From: Felis catus
Lineage: Eukaryota
DNA length: 64,000 nucleotides
Assembly (NCBI RefSeq): GCF_018350175.1
Contig: NC_058368.1
Location: 124,498,001 to 124,562,000 of the forward strand
Reading direction: 5' to 3'
Made by a program: the position numbers and the translations under genes. Shown here piece by piece: positions 1 through 10,996 of the stretch. The notes beneath the pieces were generated by a model. That model searched no databases and was not told the DNA's origin. It saw only the letters and a list, made by a program, of their open reading frames with translations. How positions within the stretch are numbered: the stretch's first letter is position 1; each line of letters opens with the position of its first letter.

Positions 1-429
1 ATAATTTCATAAGCACCTTTATTTTATTTATTTTAAAAACTTTCAAATTAAAAAAAAAATTATAGTCATTGTGAGATGTATAAGTATCAAGACGTTTACT
101 ATGATAAAAGCCTCTGAAGGCTTTAAAGCAGCCCAGGGAGAACAGATGAGAGGTTCATGGGTGTCAAAAAAGAGGCCTCTGCCATTCAGAAGTTTACAAT
201 CCCCGGGTGGACAAGCATGGCTAGTAAAGGAAATGCAAAGGATGCGCTCCACTTGAGGTCCTAGTATTGTCTCAATAGCTTGATGCTTTAGGGGATATTT
301 GAAGACACTTCTCAAGCCAATGCAAAAGGACTTTCTTTTCTGCTTCTTTCTGTTCCTTATATAATATCATTCTGGTCACTTCTTCTTGATCATACCTCAG
401 CTTGTGTCTCATATAATTTGGTGCCAAAA

Positions 430-930
430 AGGGAAAACCACACTCTAGATGTGGTGAAAATAAGTACAAAGTATGTGGGAGTCTTGCCACCTCACTAGAG
501 TTTTATTCTTACATTAATTCAGCTGCATTGTGTTTTGCATGGATACTTGTCCTCAACCAAAACACAACAGCCCCCAGGTCCTTTTCATATCAGTAGTGCC
601 AAGCAGATTATCCTCATAGGTATTTGTGAAGGTGGCTTTCTAAACGTTTTCTAAATGTAGTTTTGTAATTCCCTTCCCCTCAAAAAACCAAACCTTGATT
701 TTGTTATCTGGCATAGTTATTCTCCCTCTCAGCTTTGTGCCCGCTTATGTTTGATAAATTTGCCCTCTATATTGGATAAGACAGAAATGATCAAGTACAG
801 AATAAGGGACTTCACCCTAGGGATCACCTAAAAATAATGTTGGTCCCTGGGAGTTGCTTGTTCCATCAGCTACAAAATTCAGCAATGGTACAATTCTCTA
901 TTTTGGCAATGGAGATATCACAAATTATTT
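430..930 (-). mobile_element. Ancient CR1/L3 LINE fragment, highly degraded
   Basis: Motifs 'cactctagatgtggtg', 'cccccaggtccttttc' and 'tgccaagcag..atcctc' resemble the antisense strand of the mammalian L3/CR1 RT region as recalled; boundaries approximate. Confidence 0.45.
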
Positions 931-2754
931 CTTTAAACACTTTACTGAAATAACAACATTCTGATTTTCAAAACCATCCAAGCAAGAATACTGCTTCTGT
1001 AGTTTCTATTTTCAGTTTAATATTGTATGTCACATATCATTTTAACATTATATGACCCAGAACTCATAAGTACTAACTCATTATTACATTTATTTATAGA
1101 GACAAAACGTCTGAGTCTAGCACAATGAGGTTAAATTTATGTGACACCAAAGGATCAGTAAAGATAATAGCACTACACCACTCATGGTATAGAATTGGAT
1201 AGGACTTCAACAGGTCGTTTCATCATCCCTGTGCCTCAATTAAGTCAGTCCCCAAGTCTGTCTTCATTTCCCTCAGGTCTTTCTTTTTATGTCTCCTTCA
1301 GAATTCTGTGTAAATGACACCCTTTTCTGAGTGGTCATAGACAGTCTAAAATTTAAAGTTTTAAGAATAGTGTCCAATTCAGTATTCCTTGTCTGGCTTT
1401 GCCTTTTGACCTGGATCTAAAGTAATTGGATCTCTGATAAGTATTTAATGGCCTTGGGGACATGCAAAGAAGTGTGGGTCCTGCTCCGGATTAAAGGGTT
1501 TAGGAATCCAGGGAAGGCGCCACATTCCCGGGCTGTGTTAATTAGCCATGCCTGTTGCTAATAAGTCTCTGGAGATATTTTACGGGATCACAGAAGCAAT
1601 TTGTGATGCCCAGAGTGGGAGGGAAAAACAAAACCCTGGCTTTATGAATCTCTTAAAAAAGAACTTTGCCTTCTCTACAAAATCATTCTCCTTATAATTT
1701 AGATTTTTTTTTAAACCAGAACAACAGAGCATAGAAATCAAACCTCTATAATTCAAAGTGAATTATGGAAATGTATTTCTCTTTCTTCAGTTGTGTAATT
1801 CAATTCAGTGTTCTTACCCTTCAACAAAACCCTGACTATTATTAGCTGAAAGCATGAGTTTATAATCATTTTTTAAAATTCTGTGGATCTCATCCATGGA
1901 ATTTATTTGCTCTTCAATACTATCTTTCCCTCAAGGGACTCATTACTCGTTTACACATCTAGAAAGTAAATAATGTGCCATTAACTGGGAAAAAAAATGT
2001 AGCCTCTAATTCGTGGCACCAGGATATGCTTTTTTTTCTTTCTTTCTCTCTTTCTTTCTTTCTTTTTTTTTTAAACAAGACAAGCATTTGGAAACAGAAT
2101 ACTTTAAAAGGAAAAGATCAGAACTTGTTTTTCAATGAGTTGAGAACAACAGGCACCATTGTAGCCCAAAGCAAGGGTCTTATATTCAGTTCAGGGGGAA
2201 AAAAAATCCATAACGAACTATTATATGTAAGCTCAAGATTTAGATTAAATATTCCTAAATTCCAGATGGATTCCAATTTCTTTCTTAATGTGTATATCTA
2301 TTTCCAAAATTATTCATGACTTTTTTTTAAGACCTTAGTATTCTGATAAATTAAAAACATTGGGAGTAATCATTTAAACCAGAAATAAGGGCATATTTCC
2401 ACAACAGCTATTCATCTGTGGCCCAATTGGCACTGTACGGAAAATTCTTCCCAACATCCTCTGGGTTGGGGAGAGCAGGACACAATCTGCTTTCATCAAA
2501 GGATCAGGAAGTAGTTTACCATAAAGTGCAGCATGAATCCTATCTATATATGGCATCTATATGAAAAGACAGGCATTCCCAGACATATAATCATTAATCT
2601 TGTAGGCATCTCAGGAGTGCAAATGATTGATTCCATCTGTGTTGACTGAAGTGGCTACACTGGGCTTCCCCTAGAGACAAGGGTAGAAGACCTAATGAAG
2701 CTGTCAAGTTTTGCTCTCACAGAGAACCTGGGATGAAGTTAAGACTAATATATC

Positions 2755-2952
2755 TAACATTTAGGGAATACTTATTTCATGCTAGGCACTGCTTTCAACA
2801 CTTTATGTATATGAACACATTTATTCCTAACAACAATATCAGGGAGGTGCATGAATATTCCTATTTTCTGGAAAAGGGAACTGAGACACAAAGAAGTGAG
2901 ACTGTTTCCCAAAGACAAGCAATTAGCAACAGACCAAGTGGTCTGATTTTAG
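2755..2952 (-). mobile_element. MIR SINE relic
   Basis: Antisense MIR core: 'gctaggcactg...ttattcctaacaacaa...cctattttctggaaaagggaactgagacacaaagaagtgag...cccaaagac'. Confidence 0.7.
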
Positions 2953-2954
2953 AG

Positions 2955-3256
2955 CAGTGTTATTCAAAAGGTATATGTGAGGCACATATGTAATTTTAAA
3001 TGATCCAAAGGCACATTTTTTTAAAAAAGTAAACAAACATAGATGAAATTAATTTTAATAATATATTTTCTTTAGTTCAATGTATCCCAAATAGTATCAT
3101 TTCAACATGTAACAGAATAAAAATTATTAATGAGATGTTTTATATTTTTTAACTAATTTCTTGAAATCCTCTGCGTATTTTGCATCTCAGTTTGGACTAG
3201 CCATGTTTCAAGTGCTTAATGCCACACATGGCTAGGGTCTACTGATCTTGAGTCAA
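2955..3256. mobile_element. MER33-like non-autonomous hAT-Charlie DNA transposon
   Basis: About 300 bp matching the recalled MER33 consensus (cacatatgtaattttaaa...gatgaaattaattttaataatatatttt...catctcagtttggactagccatgtttcaagtgcttaat). Confidence 0.75.
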
Positions 3257-4423
3257 CTTTCTAAATATCCTCATGTTACTAGAAGTGATGTGTCTTACCC
3301 TGCAGTATCTATCACTCTTCTCTTGGGGTGGAGGCAGCTTCTAAATGCAGAAATGTTGTGGAGAAGGGGATTGCTGTGGTTTCTGGGAGAACTTCAAGAA
3401 TCACACCCCTTCCACTTCATTTGGAGGATCTGTGGATATTAGAATAAGGCCTGGCTCTGGGATGACAGAGCCCCTCTGGTTGACAGAGGCATCCCCCCTC
3501 ATCTCTCAGGCCACAAGCTCCACACCCACACACCATGGCCCTGCATTTCCTTCTCAAGCTCTCTGTGGGTTCCCTGTGGAGACCGGGCTGGGAGGACAGG
3601 GCAAAAAGGAGAGCACTCCCCTACAGGCAGTTCTTGGTTGTGTGCACTCAGCGAGGTTAGGGGGGCCCACCCTGGGTGTTTCTGTCAGGATGGAAGTGAG
3701 AGCAAGACTTTCAGAACATGTGTCTTGGGTGGCCCTGTGCCAGTAGGAGACTGTTCTGGACAGAGAGTGATGTTCCATGTGCTTATCATTGGCAGCATAA
3801 AAAAGGCAGAGAGGCAGTCTCCAGTCCTTTGCTCCCTGGATGGTTTGCATTCCATTTTCCCTCTGTTTCTCCCCTCTCTCTGAAGATAGTCCTCTCTGGA
3901 GCTGCGGGCTTAGTCTCTCTTTTATTTCATTACCTTTTTGATCATGAAAAACTCACTCATTGGTCTGCCTTCAGGTGGCTGTCTCTATGACCGCACATCT
4001 TACCTCTGGAAGGACACGGCTGCAGAAAAGTGAATGCTCTGATAGACCAGGTAGGTTTCCAAGGACAGGAAGCTAGGTAGTGGCCAGGAGACCAGGCTTG
4101 TCTCCCTAGTATCCTAGGGAGGCCAAGAGTTGAATAGCGGTGGAGGGTCACAGAAGTGTCAGGATGGTTCCTTCCAGACGTAGAGAACAGAACCTGCTAC
4201 TGGGAAGCCAGCTATTTCACCCAACAGGTGCACATTCCTTCTGTTCTGCCCTAAAGCTGTTTTAGACTCTGCAGTCTCTCCCCCGGCCCTCTACCTTCTC
4301 AGCCCTGCTCAGAGTTATAGATGGAGGGTGCAAGCAGGAAGGAAAAGAGAGTCAGGGGTAGATGAATACACAATCATTTCTGTATTGGTATCTCAAAAAG
4401 CATTCCCCACAGAAGTCACAACT

Positions 4424-5154
4424 AAGTATTTTTCAAACTTATTTGACCATAATTGACTGTAAGAAACGTTATTTAAATTGGTACTAATATTTTGAAGAAA
4501 CTATTCGGTGGTGTCTACTAATGGTGAACTTCCACATACCCAGTGATCCAGTAATTACATTCCTAGCTATATCCCCTAGCCAACAGGGATGTGTGTATGT
4601 ATGTTTACCAAAAGACACACAGTAGAAAGCCCATAGCAGCACTCTCTGTATTAGTTAAAAACAAACAAACAAACAAACAAACAAAAAAACAAACAAAAAA
4701 ACATGGACATGACCCAAATATCATCCACAAGAAACTGGTTTAAACTATGTGTGGTCATGCAATACACAGTATGTATGCTGTACATAATTTGATACTGAGA
4801 ATGAGCAAATTATAGCCATACTGTATTTATTATATTGTGTTGTATTATATTATACATTATATTAGTTCTCAAAAATAGTCTGAGTAAAAGAAGCCAGACA
4901 CCAAAGACACAAAAGAACATATATGACATCATTTCATTTATACAAAGTTCGAAAAGAGCCTACATTTTATGTTGCAATCAACAACACATATAGTATACAG
5001 AAATGAATTGAAAGGATAAAGAAACAATTCTTATTCCTAATATATGTAGTGTACTCTGATATTTTTCTATTCTGTTTTTTAAAGCCTAGTAGCTACTCAC
5101 TAGATGGATTTTATAATCTTTAATGGATTGTGACCTATAGTTTAGAAAACACTG
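4424..5154. mobile_element. hAT-Charlie-type MER element (about 4424-4470 and 4960-5154) split by an old L1M 3' fragment (about 4470-4960, + strand)
   Basis: Terminal motifs 'agtatttttcaaact' and 'agtttagaaaacactg' are inverted relative to each other. The interior 'cccagtgatccagtaattacattcctag...aaaagaagccagacac' is typical of an L1 ORF2 end and 3'UTR. An (AAAC)n tract lies at about 4658-4700. Confidence 0.55.
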
Positions 5155-5199
5155 TTATTAATGTGGGCGAGGCTCTCAGACTAGCCCAGAGGCCTCCTA

Positions 5200-5346
5200 A
5201 TTTCTGCAAGCTTCAGTTTCCTCCTCTGTAAATCAAGGATAATAATGGTATCCATCTCATGGGTAGCTGTGAGGATCGGATGAGTTAATGTACATTAAGC
5301 ACTTAGCACAATCCCTGGCACATGTTTACATACATGCTTTCATTAG
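5200..5346 (+). mobile_element. MIR SINE relic
   Basis: MIR core 'cttcagtttcctcctctgtaaatcaaggataataatggta...gtgaggatcggatgagttaatg...aagcacttagcaca'. Confidence 0.75.
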
Positions 5347-6392
5347 TAGTTTTATTTCTAAATACTTGCAGCTCTTTCCTCAGGCAAATAAACCTTTTAA
5401 ATCCCTGCTCTGTACCTACTGATCATGTAAACTAAACTTCCAGCAGAGACTTAGATACTATTGCTTGCTCCAGGGAATTCAGATTCCCTGTTATTAGGAC
5501 TTCTGGGATTTCTACACAGAAGCGGGCTTCTTTAAATTGTTTCTGCATTCCCACATCATGTTCCACTGGGCTGTTTTCTTGTCTGCTCTGATCTTTTAGG
5601 TAGGGCCTGAGATCACTTGGGCTGTACAGTGTAACTGTATTTGCACAATTCTTGTTTTTAAAAAGTCATCTTATCTTGGGAAGTGTTGGTCACGGCCAAG
5701 AGCAGCCCTCCTATTTGGCCGGGGGTCTGACTGGCCCCCATTGCTTCCTCCAACAACAAGGGCTTTATGCTCCATGCAAAAAAGACCAGCTGTCAGTTTA
5801 AATTTCCCTAATCCAGCCAGATCCCAACTCGGCCAATCAACAGTCGCTATCTAGGGGAAGCCCATCTGTGAAATGCAGCAGTGCCCTTACTGGAATGACA
5901 TGTCATAAAAATTAGTTTGGGCACTAATCTAAGGAAGCTTTGTGCTGAGTGGAGGGACTGCAAGGTCCCGGCTGGTGTCCTTCTCTTTGCCAAAAAGCTG
6001 GACCAGATGAGCAGTGCAGAGCTTGAAAATAAAGCAAGCGCCTTCACGTCCTGCCTCCTCCCATGCGATGCTGTCCTCAGCAATAAGGGAAGAACCTTAC
6101 CCACTCCCCTAGTTTTCTCTCCCAAGCAGCCCGTACTCTATCACGCAAGGGGGCTAAAAGGATGGCTGGATGGAAATCTATCAACGCTGCTGGGGTTTTT
6201 TGGGGGAGGGTTGGGGGGGTGGGAGGGTGTTGTTGTGACTATTGTTTTCTAGCTGCAAGATTACATTCCTAACACATGTTAGCCTGATTTGTTTAAAAAG
6301 ACATGCAACCTCATCCTACTACCAAAGATTCTTCTAGTGTGAGTTGCCCCTCTCACCTCTGGAAGAACAGTTGCTCCCAAAACATGTTTTGT

Positions 6393-6612
6393 GGGGTGCC
6401 TGGGTGGCGCAGTCGGTAAAGCGTCCGACTTCAGCCAGGTCACGATCTCGCGGTCTGTGAGTTCGAGCCCCGCGTCAGGCTCTGGGCTGATGGCTCGGAG
6501 CCTGGATCCTGTTTCTGATTCTGTGTCTCCCTCTCTCTCTGCCCCTCCCCCGTTCATGCTCTGTCTCTCTCTGTCCCAAAAAAATAAATAAACGTTGAAA
6601 AAAAAAAAAAAC
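6393..6612 (+). mobile_element. Young feline CanSINE (SINEC_Fc-type)
   Basis: GGGGTGCCTGGGTGGCGCAGTCGG head, B box GAGTTCGAGCC, CT-rich segment, AATAAA and A tail; TSD acatgttttgt at 6382-6392 and 6613-6623; many CpGs retained. Confidence 0.97.
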
Positions 6613-9600
6613 ACATGTTTTGTGAATTGCTGAAAAAAAGAAAGACTTACATTTTGCTATATTTTAATGGCCCAGGTGACTTTGTCCTCCAGAGACCACT
6701 TTATCCTGCCCTGTTTGCTTCCTCTCAATTTACACCACACCCTCACTTTACCACAACCCTCCTTTCTAAAAATTTTCCTGGACTCTTTGCTCCTTTCAGC
6801 TTCCATCACAGGACCATGGAAAGAGTCAGGGGATGGGTGGCTAATGGCTTGGCAGGGGGCAGATCTGAAATTGGTATGCAGGGGGTGCCAATTCTTGTCC
6901 CAGCATGCTGGGCATGACTGGAAATGGGAGGAGCCCTGAAAACAGGATCCTGAAACGGGCTGGGGGTGAAAGTTGGAGAAGTAGGAAATGGTTTGCACAT
7001 GTGAAATGTTTGCTAACTATTCATGGCAGAGTACACATGCATACACACAGAGGGCACCAGCATAGCAAGGGCGTGGGATTGGCTGCCCAACTTTGCATAC
7101 AGTGTCTGGAAATCTTATTTCTACTACTTTTCTGTATTTGAATCACATTTACACAGTTTTCCAATGATTTTTATTGAGGGCGTCCTACATTGTCTGCATT
7201 GTTCCAGGTGTCTAGGGATACGTTTCCCCAAAGACCATTCACCAGCTAGGCTGCCTGGAAGTGTGCACAAGGCTGACTTTGACCAATTAAAACATAAACT
7301 TTATAGACAGGAGCTCAAAGGATCTGGAGCAGGCCTCTTTACATCCTTAATTGACTGAATAATGTGCTTCATCTGTGCCATTTTAAAAAATCACCACGCC
7401 ATGAATCACAAATTTTGAACTGTACTTTCAGACAATCACATGGGCATTTTCACACTTGCACATTTTTATGTGGTTTAACTCCTGTTTAAAAAGATTTGGG
7501 GATCTTTCCTGAAAGTATAGATCTTGTCCTAGAAGTTAGACATGTGAGTTCTAAAGTAAAACTGGAAAAAAATAAAAAATTGATGATCACATTCTTGTAT
7601 TGAAAAAAACTACAGATGTTTTTTTAAACAGTCTTTTCCTCATAATATTAAGAATATTTTCTTACTTAGTTAATTTCATCTAATTTTTAAATTTTAAACT
7701 AATCTTTGGAATAAAGGGAATGAACCAATGTTTTGCCCTGTCTTTTCTTCAAGGCAATGTAATTAATCAGATAGCCATTTTAGGTCACCTGAACTCTGGG
7801 CAGCCAGTGTTACAGCTTGAGAGACTCAGAGTATATTTTCTAAGGACTCTGTACACACATTATATATTAGACCGAAAGATAAGCAATCAATCTGTTAGTT
7901 AAAACCATACACTTATGCAATTTTATATGGTGAAATTTGTTTATTATGACATTTACAAGCAAGTCATGAAGACTTTCGTGATATTTTGGAAAGACACTAT
8001 AACGTCTAAAGCAAGACTGAAATGAATTAAAGCCGACAGAGAAGGGGTTGGGAGAGAGGAGAAAAAGAGATGATAGACACAATGTTACATCTCAGGGTGG
8101 AAATCTAGTGAGCTTGGGGGAAGGCTAGATTAAAAAAAAAACATTTTACTCATTCATTTATTCACTCACTCATTTCTTTGCTTCTTCATTAAACGCCAGT
8201 AAGGGCTCATTAACACAGACCCAGACAGTGTATGATCAAGTTAAGCCTAACATTTCTCCCAAAGCTCATGTGATCCCTTTCAAGCTACACTTCCATCCTC
8301 TCCACTGCAGCTGGCTCTCTCCTTCAAAGGTGATCTCCTCCTCAAAGCTCCACATTGCTCCTAACCTCCTCCACACATGCTACCTCTCTGCCTTCCCTTT
8401 ATTATTTTCAATTCATTTTCCAAACCTCATCCTTCTTTTCCTAGCCCTAGCCTCAAGTGGTTTGTATTGAGCTCACATACAGCTACGATGGCTTCTGTAT
8501 AAAAAGAAGTCTAAGGTGCAACCAGGAGCTACGATTCATGCTTACAACATAGGGAATCTGGACAACACATCACACTTGCACAGTACCAGCGGGCTGATCC
8601 ATGCAATGGGCACTATAAGAGTTTGTGGGATGAAAAACCACAGGAGCTTTTTTTAAGGAACTGAGATTTAAGTCGTGAGACTAAGACTTGGGCAGTTGTA
8701 AAAGACAGCAGAGACATTCCTGGTGAATGCGAAAAGCTACCCACCCCAGTGGCTGTCGATTACTTGCAGTTCTATGAGCACATCCTGGGCTTAAACATTC
8801 TCCAGCACATCCTGGGCTTAACATTCTCCCTGTCAGCGACTTGAATGCATGTTCTTTAGCACAGGCTTAAAAAAAACAAAGATGGGTCAGTGTGTCTCTC
8901 TGGCTTTTCCATTTCTCTTCATTCTATTTATTTTAAGCCCCTTGAAAAGAGGTTCATATCTGATCTTTAGTTGGAAGGGACCAGCATGCTCTGCCTCACA
9001 TAGACTGAAAAGGGCTAGCAATTTACAAGAAATTAAGTCTCTTGAATATTATCTGTGACAATCAAGTCAGGGCCCTGTGTGAATTGAGATGAAAAAAAAA
9101 AAAAAAGATGAATGGGCTTGTACAAAGAAAGTTTCCAAAACATGACCAAGTCAATAAGTATTGATTTATACTGGTTACACTGCAGTATAATGCAACCATA
9201 ACATCAGAGGGAAACAGCAAAATAAGGCCAGAGTATGCAGTGAGGATAAGTCAGGTAAGTCAGAGGAAGCAGGCTGACTGAGTGCTGGAAGGAGGAGTGA
9301 GCGGATGGGAGAAGCCCTGGGGAAGGAAGGGACCTGCAGGAGGCAAGACTTTCAGACTCTGGTAACATAAGCACTGTCCACTGTGTCTGGCAGGAGATCC
9401 CCAGAGAGCACCTGGCTGTGAGGGTGGCTGGGTTCAAGTTCTTGCTTAATCTTGCATAGGGTGACTTTAAGTATTGATATCTACATGTAAAGCACCTACT
9501 GTGAAGCAAGGGAATTCTTAACAAAGTTTTCCTGTTTCTGTTATCTTTATCTTGAGTCTCTATCATAAAAATGAAAATGCTAACAAAGCCAGACTAATAA

Positions 9601-9991
9601 AAATAGGAACACGGTACTCTTGCTAGAAAATTCTGGGCTTTCCCGCATCTTTCTCTCAGATTCATTAAGAAAAATGATACAAACTTTAAAAATAATGGAA
9701 AGAAGACTAATGTGTATCTTTTTTATATACTTGCAGAAAGGGTCATCTGACACTCAAAGGGAAAGTAACATTGCCTGTCTTAATAATTAGGGCCTAGATG
9801 CTGTAAAGCTAGATGTTATCTTATTAAAAATTGAGGAGGAGGAGCCAAGATGACGGCACAGCATGGAAGTTTTTTGTGTGTCTTGTGCCCATGAAATATA
9901 GCCAGACCAACACTAAACCATCCTGCACACCTAGAAAACTGATTGCAGGATTAACACAAAAATCTGCACAACCTGAACCACAGAGTTCAGC

Positions 9992-10856
9992 AGGAATTCA
10001 TCCCAAAAGAAAGAGCGTGAAGAAACGACAGCCAGGGATTTAACCAACACAGATACAAGCAAGACGTCTGAACCAGAATTTAGAATCACGATAATAAGAA
10101 TATTAGCTGGAGCTGAAAATAGATTAGAATCCCTTTCTGAAGAGATAAAAGAAGTAAAAAATAGTCAGAATGAAATAAAAAATGCTATAACTGAGCTGCA
10201 ATCATGGATGGATGCTATGGCAGCAAGGATGGATGCAGCAGAACAGAGAATCAGCAATATAGAGGAGAAACTTAAAGAGATTAATGAAGCAGAAAAAAAG
10301 AGGGAGATTAAGGCAAAAGAGCATGATTTAAGAATTAGAGAAATCAGTGACTCATTAAAAAGGAACACAGAATCATAGGGGTCCCAGAAGATGAAGAGAG
10401 AGAAATAGGGGTAGAAGTGTTATGTGAGCAAATCATCGTGGAAAGTTTTCCTAACCTGGAGAAAGACACAGATATCAAATCCAGGAAGCACAGAGGATCC
10501 CCATTAGATTCAACAAAAACCAACCATCAACAAGGCATATCATAGTCAAATTCACAAAATACTCAGGCAAGGAGAGAATCATGAAAGCAGCAAGGGAAAA
10601 AAAGTCCCTAACCTAAAAGGGAAGACAGATCAGGTTTGCAGCAGACCTATTCACAGAAACTTGGCAGGCCAGAAAGGAGTGGCAGGATACATTCAATGTG
10701 CTAAATCAGAAAAATATGCAGCCAAGAATTCTTTATTCAGCAAGGCTGTCATTCAAAATAGAAGGAGAGATAAAAAGTTTCCCAGATAAACAAAAACTAA
10801 AGGAGTTTGTGACCACTAAACCAGCCCTGCAAAAAATTTTAAGGGGGACTCTCTGA
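9992..10856 (+). pseudogene. L1 ORF1p remnant (no start codon, frameshifted)
   Basis: Hand translation from 9992: RNSSQKKEREETTARDLTNTDTSKTSEPEFRITIIRILAG...coiled coil...LRIREISDSLKRN, then a frameshift; terminal TGA at 10854-10856. Confidence 0.9.
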
Positions 10857-10870
10857 GGGGAAAAAAGATG

Positions 10871-10930
<60 letters not shown>

Positions 10931-10996
10931 AAAAGCAACAAAGATTAGAAAGGACCAGAGAACACCACCAGAAACTCCAACTCTACAAGCATCATA

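Noticed and set aside
3345..4151. Cluster of ORFs in a GC-richer patch
   Set aside because: ORFs in several frames on both strands, as expected from fewer stops at higher GC; CpG-poor and no known protein motif.
6393..6470. tRNA genes at SINE heads
   Set aside because: A/B boxes belong to tRNA-derived CanSINEs with CT tract, tail and TSDs, not to cloverleaf tRNA genes.
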